From Gammaproteobacteria bacterium (lineage in GTDB: Bacteria; Pseudomonadota; Gammaproteobacteria; SZUA-140): DNA of 53,444 bases. The notes under the pieces are model-generated. The model was not told the DNA's origin. It saw only the letters and a program-made list of their open reading frames with translations, and did no database searches. Positions 26,839 to 34,873 of this stretch are shown piece by piece (within the stretch, counting starts at the first letter, position 1; each line of letters starts with the position of its first letter). The stretch covers positions 1 through 53,444 of the forward strand of contig WGNS01000052.1 of NCBI GenBank assembly GCA_016124415.1, given 5' to 3'. Both the position numbers and the translations under genes were made by a program.

Positions 26839-27424
26839 TATTGTCTCCACTTGACTGTTGATTCTGCGGGTCGTCCTCGCGAACGTCATGGAATTTGTCT
26901 TTCCACTCTTTGGGCGCGAAGGTGCCGACCATGCTGTCGATGAATTCGGAACGTCCGGACGGCGGCTCCGGAGCGGAAGAAGAACCGCGATCAGCCTTCA
27001 ACTCGGAAATGAAGGTGGCAAGCGCATCGATATCCGCACTCGGAAGCGACGCCACGTAAGCCGCTTCCTTCGGCGCGTAACCATGATCCACGGTCTTGGC
27101 CTCGTAAGTCGCCTCGGGATCCCTCAGGAATCTCAACAACCAATCCCTGCTGCGCTTGGATCCGACACCGTCCAACGACAGACCCATATTGGTACCGTTT
27201 CGGAGGGCCCGGTGACAGGAAGTGCAATGCTGCTTGCGGAAGATTTCCGAACCGCGCTGCCCTTGCTCGGTCAGATCGAAATGCGTTTTGACGCCGAACA
27301 TGGGCTTATCCATGTTGCGCCGGACGCCTTCCATAACGCTGTAGCCTATGATGGCGGCGATGCCAAAGATGATGGCAATACCGAAAAGGACTTTTTCGCC
27401 TTGTTTTAAAGACTGTTTCGCCAC
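26828..27424 (-). CDS. Membrane-anchored monoheme cytochrome c, CcoO-like fold
   Basis: N-terminal TM; GSEIFRKQHCTSCH; LDGVGSKRSRDWL; start reset to GTG 27424. Confidence 0.88.
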   Translation of the reverse strand: MAKQSLKQGEKVLFGIAIIFGIAAIIGYSVMEGVRRNMDKPMFGVKTHFDLTEQGQRGSEIFRKQHCTSCHRALRNGTNMGLSLDGVGSKRSRDWLLRFLRDPEATYEAKTVDHGYAPKEAAYVASLPSADIDALATFISELKADRGSSSAPEPPSGRSEFIDSMVGTFAPKEWKDKFHDVREDDPQNQQSSGDNSGQ

Positions 27425-27564
27425 GGTGATACCTAAAGATGCCGTCCAAAACACTTACCGGACTTAAGACGCCGGGACCGTCTGCAAGGGAGGCCTGCAT
27501 AACCGCCGTCGTCTGGAATGCAAATGGGGAAGGACGACTCAGGTACGCCCCTCCCCATCTGTTT

Positions 27565-27595
27565 TTCTGAAGGCCCGACATCCGGGCCTTCAGAA
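27565..27595. other. 13-bp perfect hairpin downstream of the c4 gene
   Basis: ttctgaaggcccg-acatc-cgggccttcagaa; no U-tract on the coding strand, so possibly a stability element rather than a terminator. Confidence 0.55.
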
Positions 27596-27619
27596 CATAT
27601 GGACTATACGTCCTGCGGA

Positions 27620-28411
27620 TTAGTCACCGACAGTTGTCGAACCCGTATCGAAGGTCATGAAGCCATGACGCTCCGGCGTACGCGAGTTGCCGATCGTGAG
27701 CGGCGACGCATGGGACAGGAAGGTCGCGATATCGCGAATTTCCGAATCCGTCAGGCTCTTGGCAACTTTCTGCATCTGAGCCATCGGGTCGTTGGCACGG
27801 GAGCCATCACGCCAGTGGTTCAGCTGATTGATGAGGTAAACGAACTTCTGGCCGCCGATCATAGGATAGATCGGGTCAACGCCGCGGCCGTTATAGTCGT
27901 GGCAGGAGCGGCAGGCGGGAACGCCACGCTCGGGAATGCCGTAATTGACGATGGCCTTGCCCTGGTATCCGACGCCGAGCTCCGTACCACCGGCCTTCAG
28001 GTCGGCCAGATTGGAAAGATCGGAAGCGCCGGGCAAAGTGCCGTGAGGACCGAGCGTGCTTGCATAGGCGGCGACATCACGGCGATCCTGGGGAGACAGA
28101 CCCTTTGCGTTCGTATTCATAACGAACATGGTCGTGTCCTGACGACGGTCGTTGGCAAAATCCTCGAGCGGCTTGACGATGAACTGCGAAATCTGGCCGG
28201 CCAGACGCGGCGTACCCATCGCATCGTTGCCCATACCGCCCTCGCCATGACAGGAGTTACAGGCCGGCACATCGCCCTTGCCCTGCGTGAAAATGGCCTT
28301 ACCGTTGCTGATACTGGCGGATGCATGACCCTCGGCGGCCTGCGCCTGAGGTCCAGCCACCCAAACTGCCGCACCGATCACCACTGATGCCAGCGTACTA
28401 AAACGTCGCAT
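27620..28411 (-). CDS. Periplasmic diheme cytochrome c4-type protein
   Basis: Signal peptide from ATG 28411 (GAGGGG RBS); CNSCH and CRSCH; PRLAGQ / PMIGGQ; FVMN and AQMQ distal Met. Confidence 0.92.
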   Translation of the reverse strand: MRRFSTLASVVIGAAVWVAGPQAQAAEGHASASISNGKAIFTQGKGDVPACNSCHGEGGMGNDAMGTPRLAGQISQFIVKPLEDFANDRRQDTTMFVMNTNAKGLSPQDRRDVAAYASTLGPHGTLPGASDLSNLADLKAGGTELGVGYQGKAIVNYGIPERGVPACRSCHDYNGRGVDPIYPMIGGQKFVYLINQLNHWRDGSRANDPMAQMQKVAKSLTDSEIRDIATFLSHASPLTIGNSRTPERHGFMTFDTGSTTVGD

Positions 28412-28583
28412 ATGAAGCCCCCTCTCGTTTTTTATCATTTCCGTAACCCTCGACCCGCGATGCTGCTCTCTCAGCCAGGTCAACGAGACCCCGCAACGCC
28501 GATATCGGCGCAACACGATCTCCGAGATGATTACAATATTAAACAGAATGTCCGAGTAGCATCCTTCGGAAAATCCGCAAGGA

Positions 28584-28673
28584 TTAGGATGCCTTCTTCA
28601 AGATAAACATCGCCAGTCCAAAGGACAAAATAAACCAAAGAACGTAGAGCAGAACCACATCTCCTGTACCCAT
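28584..28673 (-). CDS. 29-aa single-TM peptide upstream of the c4 gene
   Basis: Not in ORF track. GAGGGG RBS; MGTGDVVLLYVLWFILSFGLAMFILKKAS. Confidence 0.55.
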   Translation of the reverse strand: MGTGDVVLLYVLWFILSFGLAMFILKKAS

Positions 28674-28957
28674 TCTCGACCCCTCACTTGATACCAAACA
28701 GATTCATTTTTGTATGTCCGACTGCAGGTCATTGCCCGCGCCGTTGCTAGGCAACCCGGGCAGATGCGGCACGAACCACAAAATCCGGGTAGTCACAGAA
28801 GGGGATTTAACCATCATTTAGACGCGGGATCAACCAAAATTTTCATGGTTGTCCCATATGGAGGAAATGAACGGAAAAACATCATGCAACCACGCCACGC
28901 AAAAGCATCGGCGGGCTACGGATCCTCTTGGGGAAAAACAAGTGAAAACGGAGTGAT

Positions 28958-29033
<76 letters not shown>

Positions 29034-29058
29034 ACGGAGCTTTCTTATAAAGACGCGC

Positions 29059-29088
29059 ATATTACCTAAGCAGGCCGTGAAAGGTCAA
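29059..29088 (-). promoter_or_regulatory. Sigma70 promoter of tRNA-Asn
   Basis: TTGACC-N18-TAATAT then GC-rich discriminator. Confidence 0.6.
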
Positions 29089-29118
29089 TATGCGGGGGTG
29101 GAAAAATCGTTCGTTCGC

Positions 29119-29147
29119 TTGAAATGGCGATACCCGCCCCGTATGAT
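29119..29147 (+). promoter_or_regulatory. Sigma70 promoter of tRNA-Arg
   Basis: TTGAAA-N17-TATGAT then GC-rich discriminator. Confidence 0.7.
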
Positions 29148-29170
29148 TGCGCCCAACGGAAGCGCGCTAC

Positions 29171-29247
29171 GCCCCGGTAGCTCAGCTGGATAGAGCGTCC
29201 CCCTCCTAAGGGGAAGGTCAGAGGTTCGAATCCTCTTCGGGGCACCA
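29171..29247 (+). tRNA. tRNA-Arg (CCT)
   Basis: 77-nt cloverleaf, anticodon loop ctCCTaa, TTCGAAT T-loop, encoded CCA. Confidence 0.97.
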
Positions 29248-29254
29248 TCGCTTC

Positions 29255-29737
29255 TTATCGATACCGCTCCGCCAATCCCATCAATGCCTGATCCACCGCC
29301 TGGCGCCGCACCTCGTCGCGATCGCCGGAAAACGTAAACCGCCGACTGGACGGCAAGGCGTCACGATCGCCCCAGGCGATGAAGACCGTACCCACGGGCT
29401 TTCCGGGAACCGCGCCTTCGGGCCCTGCGATGCCGCTGATCGCGACCGCGACGTCACCACCTGAGCGCTTCAACGCCCCTACAACCATGGCTTCAACAAC
29501 CTCCGCGCTGACCGCACCAACGCGCTCGATCAACTCATGAGGCACGTCAAGCAGGTTCGACTTGGCTTGGTTACTGTAAGTGACAAAACCGCACTCGAAC
29601 CAGCTCGAACTCCCCGGGCGCGACGTAACGAGCCCCGACAGCAGCCCTCCGGTACAGGACTCCGCGGTAACGAGCCTCCAGCCGCGTCGCATCAATGCGG
29701 AGGAAATTTGCTCAAGCGATTCCGTATATGCCACCAT
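29255..29737 (-). CDS. pncC: CinA-C family nicotinamide-mononucleotide deamidase
   Basis: TAESCTGGL, PGSSSWF, TYSNQAK, SGIAGP; start reset to ATG 29737 (GGAGG). Confidence 0.9.
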   Translation of the reverse strand: MVAYTESLEQISSALMRRGWRLVTAESCTGGLLSGLVTSRPGSSSWFECGFVTYSNQAKSNLLDVPHELIERVGAVSAEVVEAMVVGALKRSGGDVAVAISGIAGPEGAVPGKPVGTVFIAWGDRDALPSSRRFTFSGDRDEVRRQAVDQALMGLAERYR

Positions 29738-29782
29738 TGCCTCCGGCCGAAACACGACCTTTTTCTCAACCGAAGCGAGCCG

Positions 29783-30646
29783 ATGCTCAAAGCCCTTAAC
29801 ACATACATACTATATATATTGCCTCATCACCTGCTGACCCGCGCCATGCGCGCGCTGACCAGACTCCGTATTCCGTTTCTGGTCCCGATCTTCATCAGGA
29901 TCTTCGTTCGCCTCTTCCATGTCGACTTGAACGAGGCTGAAAACCCCGACGTGCGCGCTTATCGACATTTCGACGATTTCTTCACGCGCGCCTTGCGGCC
30001 GAACGCCCGCCCGCTTGCCAAAGGCGCCTCCGAAGCGGTCTGCCCGGTCGACGGCACCGTCAGTCAACTCGGCAGCATCCGGGAAGGACGCCTTTACCAG
30101 GCCAAGGGCATCGACTATTCGCTAGAAACCCTGCTCGGCGGCCACGAGGCGCTCGCCCGCGAATTTCGTGACGGCGACTTCATCACGCTCTATCTGTCGC
30201 CACGGGACTACCACCGTATTCACATGCCTCTGGACGGCACACTCCGCGAAATGCACTACGTACCGGGGCGCCTATTCAGCGTCAGCCCTCATTCGACCAG
30301 CACCGTAAACGGGCTCTTCGCGCGCAACGAACGCCTCGTTACCATCTTCGACAGCGAATGCGGCCCGATGGCCGTGATCCTGGTCGGAGCGATGTTCGTC
30401 TCCGGCATCGAAACCGTATGGAGCGGCATGGTCACCCAAGGTCGTTCAGGCGACACCGCAACCAGTTGGGACTTTACCCGAATGGAGCCGCCGGTACGAC
30501 TCGAGCGCGGCCAGGAAATGGGCCGCTTCCACATGGGCTCCACCGTCATTCTATGCCTTCCGAAAGAAAGGCTGCGGCTCGCCCAGGACCTTATCCCGGG
30601 AACGCTGGTCCGTATGGGCCAATCAATCGGCGGTCTTGTGGAGTAA
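29783..30646 (+). CDS. psd: Phosphatidylserine decarboxylase proenzyme
   Basis: FDDFFTR, CPVDG, YLSPRDYHRIHMP, FARNER, GRFHMGST cleavage motif. Confidence 0.95.
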   Translation: MLKALNTYILYILPHHLLTRAMRALTRLRIPFLVPIFIRIFVRLFHVDLNEAENPDVRAYRHFDDFFTRALRPNARPLAKGASEAVCPVDGTVSQLGSIREGRLYQAKGIDYSLETLLGGHEALAREFRDGDFITLYLSPRDYHRIHMPLDGTLREMHYVPGRLFSVSPHSTSTVNGLFARNERLVTIFDSECGPMAVILVGAMFVSGIETVWSGMVTQGRSGDTATSWDFTRMEPPVRLERGQEMGRFHMGSTVILCLPKERLRLAQDLIPGTLVRMGQSIGGLVE

Positions 30647-32902
30647 CCTCAACAGACCGGTGAACTCGGCTTCATCCATGGGGCGATTCAACAAGTACCC
30701 CTGCGCCACGTCGCAACCCTCCTTTTCCAGGAAACGGAGCTGCTCCAGCGTCTCCACCCCCTCGGCTACCACGCACTTGTCCAGGGCGTGCGCCATCGCG
30801 ATCGTGGAACGGACGATGGCCATATCCTCGGCACTCTCCGGCAAGTCCCTGATAAAGGACTGATCGATCTTGATCACCGTCGCGGGTATCCGCTTCAGAT
30901 AAGCCAGCGACGAATAGCCCGTACCGAAGTCGTCGATCGCAATCGACATCCCCGCCGCCGCCAGCTCGTTCATAATCTCGGTAGCGGTTTCGGAATTATG
31001 CATGGCCGCCGTTTCGGTAATCTCGACCTCGAACCACGTAGGGTCGGCACCCACGCCCCGGACCCAGGACAGGATATCCTCGGCAAGCCCTTGATGAATC
31101 AACTGAATTGCCGAGACATTCAGGGAGATCCGCTCCGGACGGATGCCCTCGGCCTCCCATTTCAAGGCCTGCCTGGCCGCGGCCTCCACTACCCATTGCG
31201 TGATTCGTTGAATCAATCCGATCTCTTCCGCAAGCGGAATGAATATCGATGGCGAAATCCATCCACGATCGGGATGATACCAACGGATCAAGGCCTCGCA
31301 CCCATCCATGTGCAACGCGCGAACGGCGCCGCCCGAGGCGTGGTCCGCGCTTTCGTATGCCGCGATCAGATCCTCGAGGTAATATTTACACTGAAAGTGC
31401 AACGAAAACTGAGCCCGGTCCTGAGCCAGCGACAATTCGTGCTCAAGCAACATGCGGTCCTTTAGGCGGGTGCTCATCTCTCCCGAGAATAGACACAAGT
31501 GCTGCCCACTGGTCTTGGCGCGATACATGGCGATATCCGCGTGTTTGAGAAGCGTCTGTGCGTCGTCGCCGTCATCAGGGAAAATCACGGCGCCCGCGCT
31601 GATCGATAACACCAGGTCCTGCTCGTCGAGACTGACCGGCCGCTCGACCTCGCGGGCGATCTTCTCGGCCACCCTGAGGGCATTGCTCGCACCGGACTCG
31701 GGGAGCAGGATCGCGAACTCGTCCCCACCGAAGCGGGCGACCGTGTCGGCGGCGCGCAATACCTGATCGACCCGATCCGCAACGGCGCGCAGCACAAGAT
31801 CGCCTACGCCGTGCCCGAGCGAGTCGTTGATGATCTTGAAGCGGTTGAGATCGAAGTACAGTACGGCCAGGGAATGCCCTGTGCGCCGAGAAAGTTCGAT
31901 CGCCATTTGTAGGCGATCGAGGAACATGCGTCGATTCGGCAATTCCGTCAAATCGTCGTAGTACGACATCCAGCTCAGGCGTTCCTCGGCCGAACGTTGT
32001 TCCGAGATGTCCTGAACCGTCCCGATGGAGCGTAAGGGGCGGTCTTCGTCATCGTAATAGGTCCGCCCGCGTTCGCGCACAAAACACACGGTACCGTCCT
32101 TCATGAGTAGGCGATGCGTGACGTCGTAAAGCGAACGTTCGTCCACTGCCCGCGAATAGGCCTCGTTGACCATCTCGCGGTCCTCGGGATGGACCCGCTC
32201 GAGAAACCCCTCGTACGTCGGTTTCATATCCTCCGATTCGACGGCGAAGATCCGATAGACCTCCTTTGACCACCACAGGAGGTTCTTGGTCAAATCGAGT
32301 TCCCAGGAACCAATGCGCGCAATTTCCTGCGACTCCTCGAAACGCCCCTGCAAACGCCGCATGGCGTCGATGGAGTCCTTATGAGCGATCGCGATACCGG
32401 CAAGCTGCGCGATATCGACGATCGTCATCAGCTCCCATTTTCCGGGCTGCTTCGGCGTCGCGTAATAATAGGCGAGCGTCCCGATCACAGCCTTGGATGC
32501 ATTCAGGATAGGTTCCGACCAACAGGCCTTAAGACCGTGGGAAAGCGCCAGGTCACGATAGTCGGCCCAAAGGGGATCGTTGGCGATGTCCTCGACGATG
32601 ACACGCCGCTTGAGAAACGCCGCCGTGCCGCAGGAGCCCGTCTTGGGACCGATACGCGCGCCGTTTATGGCCGTTACGTAACGCTGAGGAAGCCTTGAAC
32701 TGGCACCGTGATAAAGCCGGGTGCCGGATTCATCCAGCAGCAGGATGGAGGCCGTCATGTCCTCGACATGAGATTCGGCCAGCGCGACGATGGACTCCAG
32801 GATGGTATGGCGATCTACGTTCGGGTCAACGATCCGTTTCAGGATCTCTCTCTGCCCTTCGATGAACTGCTCACGGCGATGATGATCAACGAGATCGATC
32901 AT
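30623..32902 (-). CDS. GAF-PAS-GGDEF-EAL c-di-GMP enzyme
   Basis: GSCGTA GAF, PAS/PAC VHPED, RFGGDEF, EAL, DDFGTGYSS, KIDQSF. Confidence 0.93.
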   Translation of the reverse strand: MIDLVDHHRREQFIEGQREILKRIVDPNVDRHTILESIVALAESHVEDMTASILLLDESGTRLYHGASSRLPQRYVTAINGARIGPKTGSCGTAAFLKRRVIVEDIANDPLWADYRDLALSHGLKACWSEPILNASKAVIGTLAYYYATPKQPGKWELMTIVDIAQLAGIAIAHKDSIDAMRRLQGRFEESQEIARIGSWELDLTKNLLWWSKEVYRIFAVESEDMKPTYEGFLERVHPEDREMVNEAYSRAVDERSLYDVTHRLLMKDGTVCFVRERGRTYYDDEDRPLRSIGTVQDISEQRSAEERLSWMSYYDDLTELPNRRMFLDRLQMAIELSRRTGHSLAVLYFDLNRFKIINDSLGHGVGDLVLRAVADRVDQVLRAADTVARFGGDEFAILLPESGASNALRVAEKIAREVERPVSLDEQDLVLSISAGAVIFPDDGDDAQTLLKHADIAMYRAKTSGQHLCLFSGEMSTRLKDRMLLEHELSLAQDRAQFSLHFQCKYYLEDLIAAYESADHASGGAVRALHMDGCEALIRWYHPDRGWISPSIFIPLAEEIGLIQRITQWVVEAAARQALKWEAEGIRPERISLNVSAIQLIHQGLAEDILSWVRGVGADPTWFEVEITETAAMHNSETATEIMNELAAAGMSIAIDDFGTGYSSLAYLKRIPATVIKIDQSFIRDLPESAEDMAIVRSTIAMAHALDKCVVAEGVETLEQLRFLEKEGCDVAQGYLLNRPMDEAEFTGLLRLLHKTAD

Positions 32903-33171
32903 CTCTCACCTCCCAAGTGCAGCGTGCCGGCGTATTCCTTTCGGACACACCCGCGCTGAAGACTGAACAGCGAACGGACAACGGCCATCGGGCGGGGAAC
33001 ACGGCGGCCCACATCGTAAGCCCCTTTTGACGCGTCATTAACGACACCCCACTCCCGCTTGCCATCCCATTCGCCGCTTACCAGCGACCAAGTTAACCCA
33101 GAAATAGGTAAATGTGAACAACCGAAAACCGCAGCGATGATGCGAATCTCCAAGGGAAAACGGCTCGGCTG

Positions 33172-33615
33172 TCAGGAACGCGCGCGCTCGCTCAATCCCT
33201 TGAGGCAAAGCAAATAGGCGGACTCATCGGGCGCCACGCCCGAACGTTGGGCTTGCCAGAGGGCCTCGCCCAGGCACTCCATCATGAGATGCTCCGCGAC
33301 ATGAGCGTCACCGTGCCGACGACACAGCGTTTCATAGATTTGCTCCACACCTCTGGGTCGGGCAGTGGCGACCTGCTCGCGTATGCCCAGATGCATACTC
33401 ATATGCAAAAATGGGTTTTCCCGGCCCGATTCCGGGGTGAAATCACGATCGAGCGCGCCTTCGGGATCGTCCAGCATGGCATGGTACTCGGGATGCTGCT
33501 CGACGACATTGCAGATCGCCATGGCCAAGGGCTCCATGGGAACGCCCGCTTTGCGGCGTCGCCAGGCGTCGAAAAAGACCTGGCGCATCTCGGTCCGCTC
33601 CTTGCCTTCGTACAT
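33172..33615 (-). CDS. DUF1841 family protein
   Basis: RQVFFDAW, HPEYH, NPFLHMSMHL, EQVAT; start reset to ATG 33615. Confidence 0.85.
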   Translation of the reverse strand: MYEGKERTEMRQVFFDAWRRRKAGVPMEPLAMAICNVVEQHPEYHAMLDDPEGALDRDFTPESGRENPFLHMSMHLGIREQVATARPRGVEQIYETLCRRHGDAHVAEHLMMECLGEALWQAQRSGVAPDESAYLLCLKGLSERARS

Positions 33616-33634
33616 GGCGACGTCCGGTCGAGGA

Positions 33635-34873
33635 TCAGGCCCCGACGGAGACTTCCTTCTCGCCGTCCAGCCCGAAGGCGGTATGCAGGGCCCGAACGCC
33701 AAGCTCAAGATACTTGCTGGCGATCACGACCGAAACCTTGATTTCCGAGGTCGAGATCATCTGGATATTGATGCCCTCATTGGCCAAGGTGCGAAACATC
33801 GTTGCCGCGATACCGGCGTGCGAACGCATACCGACGCCGACGATCGAGACCTTGACGATCTTGTCGTCACCCTTGACTTCGCGCGCGTTGAGATCGCTGC
33901 ACACCTGACGCAGGATGCCCAGGGCCTTGGCGTAATCGTTATGGTGCACGGTGAACGTAAAGTCGGTGCAATCGTTTTCGGCGACATTCTGGACGATCAT
34001 GTCGACCTCGATCCCGGCGTCCGAGATCGGGCCCAGGATCCGGCCCGCCACACCGGGCTGATCGGGCACGCCCAGGACAGTCAATTTTGCCTCATCGCGG
34101 TTAAAGGCAATCCCCGAAATCAGCGCCTGTTCCATTTCGTCATCCTCACTGCAAATCAAAGTGCCCGGGCCGTCTTCGAAAGACGACAGGACACGCAACG
34201 GTACCTGGTATTTACTGGCGAACTCGACCGAACGGATCTGCAACACCTTGGCCCCAAGGCTCGCCATCTCGAGCATTTCCTCGTAGGTGATCCTGGGCAG
34301 GTGACGCGCCTGCGGCACCACACGCGGATCGGTCGTGTAAACACCGTCGACGTCGGTATAGATCTGGCATTCGTCAGCCTTCAATGCGGCCGCCATGGCC
34401 ACCGCGGTGGTATCCGAACCGCCACGTCCGAGCGTCGTGATGTTGCCGTGGTCGTCCACGCCCTGAAAACCCGCGACGACGACGACCTTGTTCTGGGCAA
34501 GCGCCTCGTCGACACGTTGCCGATCGATATCCACGATGCGCGCCTTGTTGAAGGCGCTGTCGGTGCGGATATGAACCTGCCCACCCGTAAACGACTGCGC
34601 AGGGACACCCATCTCCTCGAGCGCCATGGACAACAGCGCGATCGTGACCTGCTCGCCCGTCGACAACAGCACATCGAGTTCGCGCGCCGACGGCATCGCA
34701 CTGATATCCTTGGCGAGGGCGACGAGCCGGTTGGTTTCGCCGCTCATCGCGGAAACCACGACCACGAGCCGGTGTCCCTGGGCGCGGAAATTTGCAATCT
34801 TGGCGGCGACGTTACGGATCCGGTCAACGGTTCCGACCGAGGTACCGCCGTATTTCTGGACGATGAGCGCCAT
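33635..34873 (-). CDS. lysC: Aspartate kinase
   Basis: LIVQKYGGTSV, TTLGRGGSDTTA, DVDGVYTTDPR, ACT domains; TGATG overlap with alaS. Confidence 0.96.
   Translation of the reverse strand: MALIVQKYGGTSVGTVDRIRNVAAKIANFRAQGHRLVVVVSAMSGETNRLVALAKDISAMPSARELDVLLSTGEQVTIALLSMALEEMGVPAQSFTGGQVHIRTDSAFNKARIVDIDRQRVDEALAQNKVVVVAGFQGVDDHGNITTLGRGGSDTTAVAMAAALKADECQIYTDVDGVYTTDPRVVPQARHLPRITYEEMLEMASLGAKVLQIRSVEFASKYQVPLRVLSSFEDGPGTLICSEDDEMEQALISGIAFNRDEAKLTVLGVPDQPGVAGRILGPISDAGIEVDMIVQNVAENDCTDFTFTVHHNDYAKALGILRQVCSDLNAREVKGDDKIVKVSIVGVGMRSHAGIAATMFRTLANEGINIQMISTSEIKVSVVIASKYLELGVRALHTAFGLDGEKEVSVGA

Noticed and set aside
27471-27482. 12-mer gccgggaccgtc shared with 53389-53400
   Set aside because: A single GC-rich 12-mer match is expected by chance at this window size; flanks do not align.
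27620-28411. Calling the locus an iron-oxidation pathway
   Set aside because: No Cyc2- or MtoAB-like outer-membrane cytochrome in the window; c4 plus cbb3 does not identify the electron donor.
11282-28957. Cassette as an integrative island at tRNA-Asn
   Set aside because: No integrase, no duplicated tRNA 3-prime end found at the far side, and coding style resembles the host; kept only as a weak remark.
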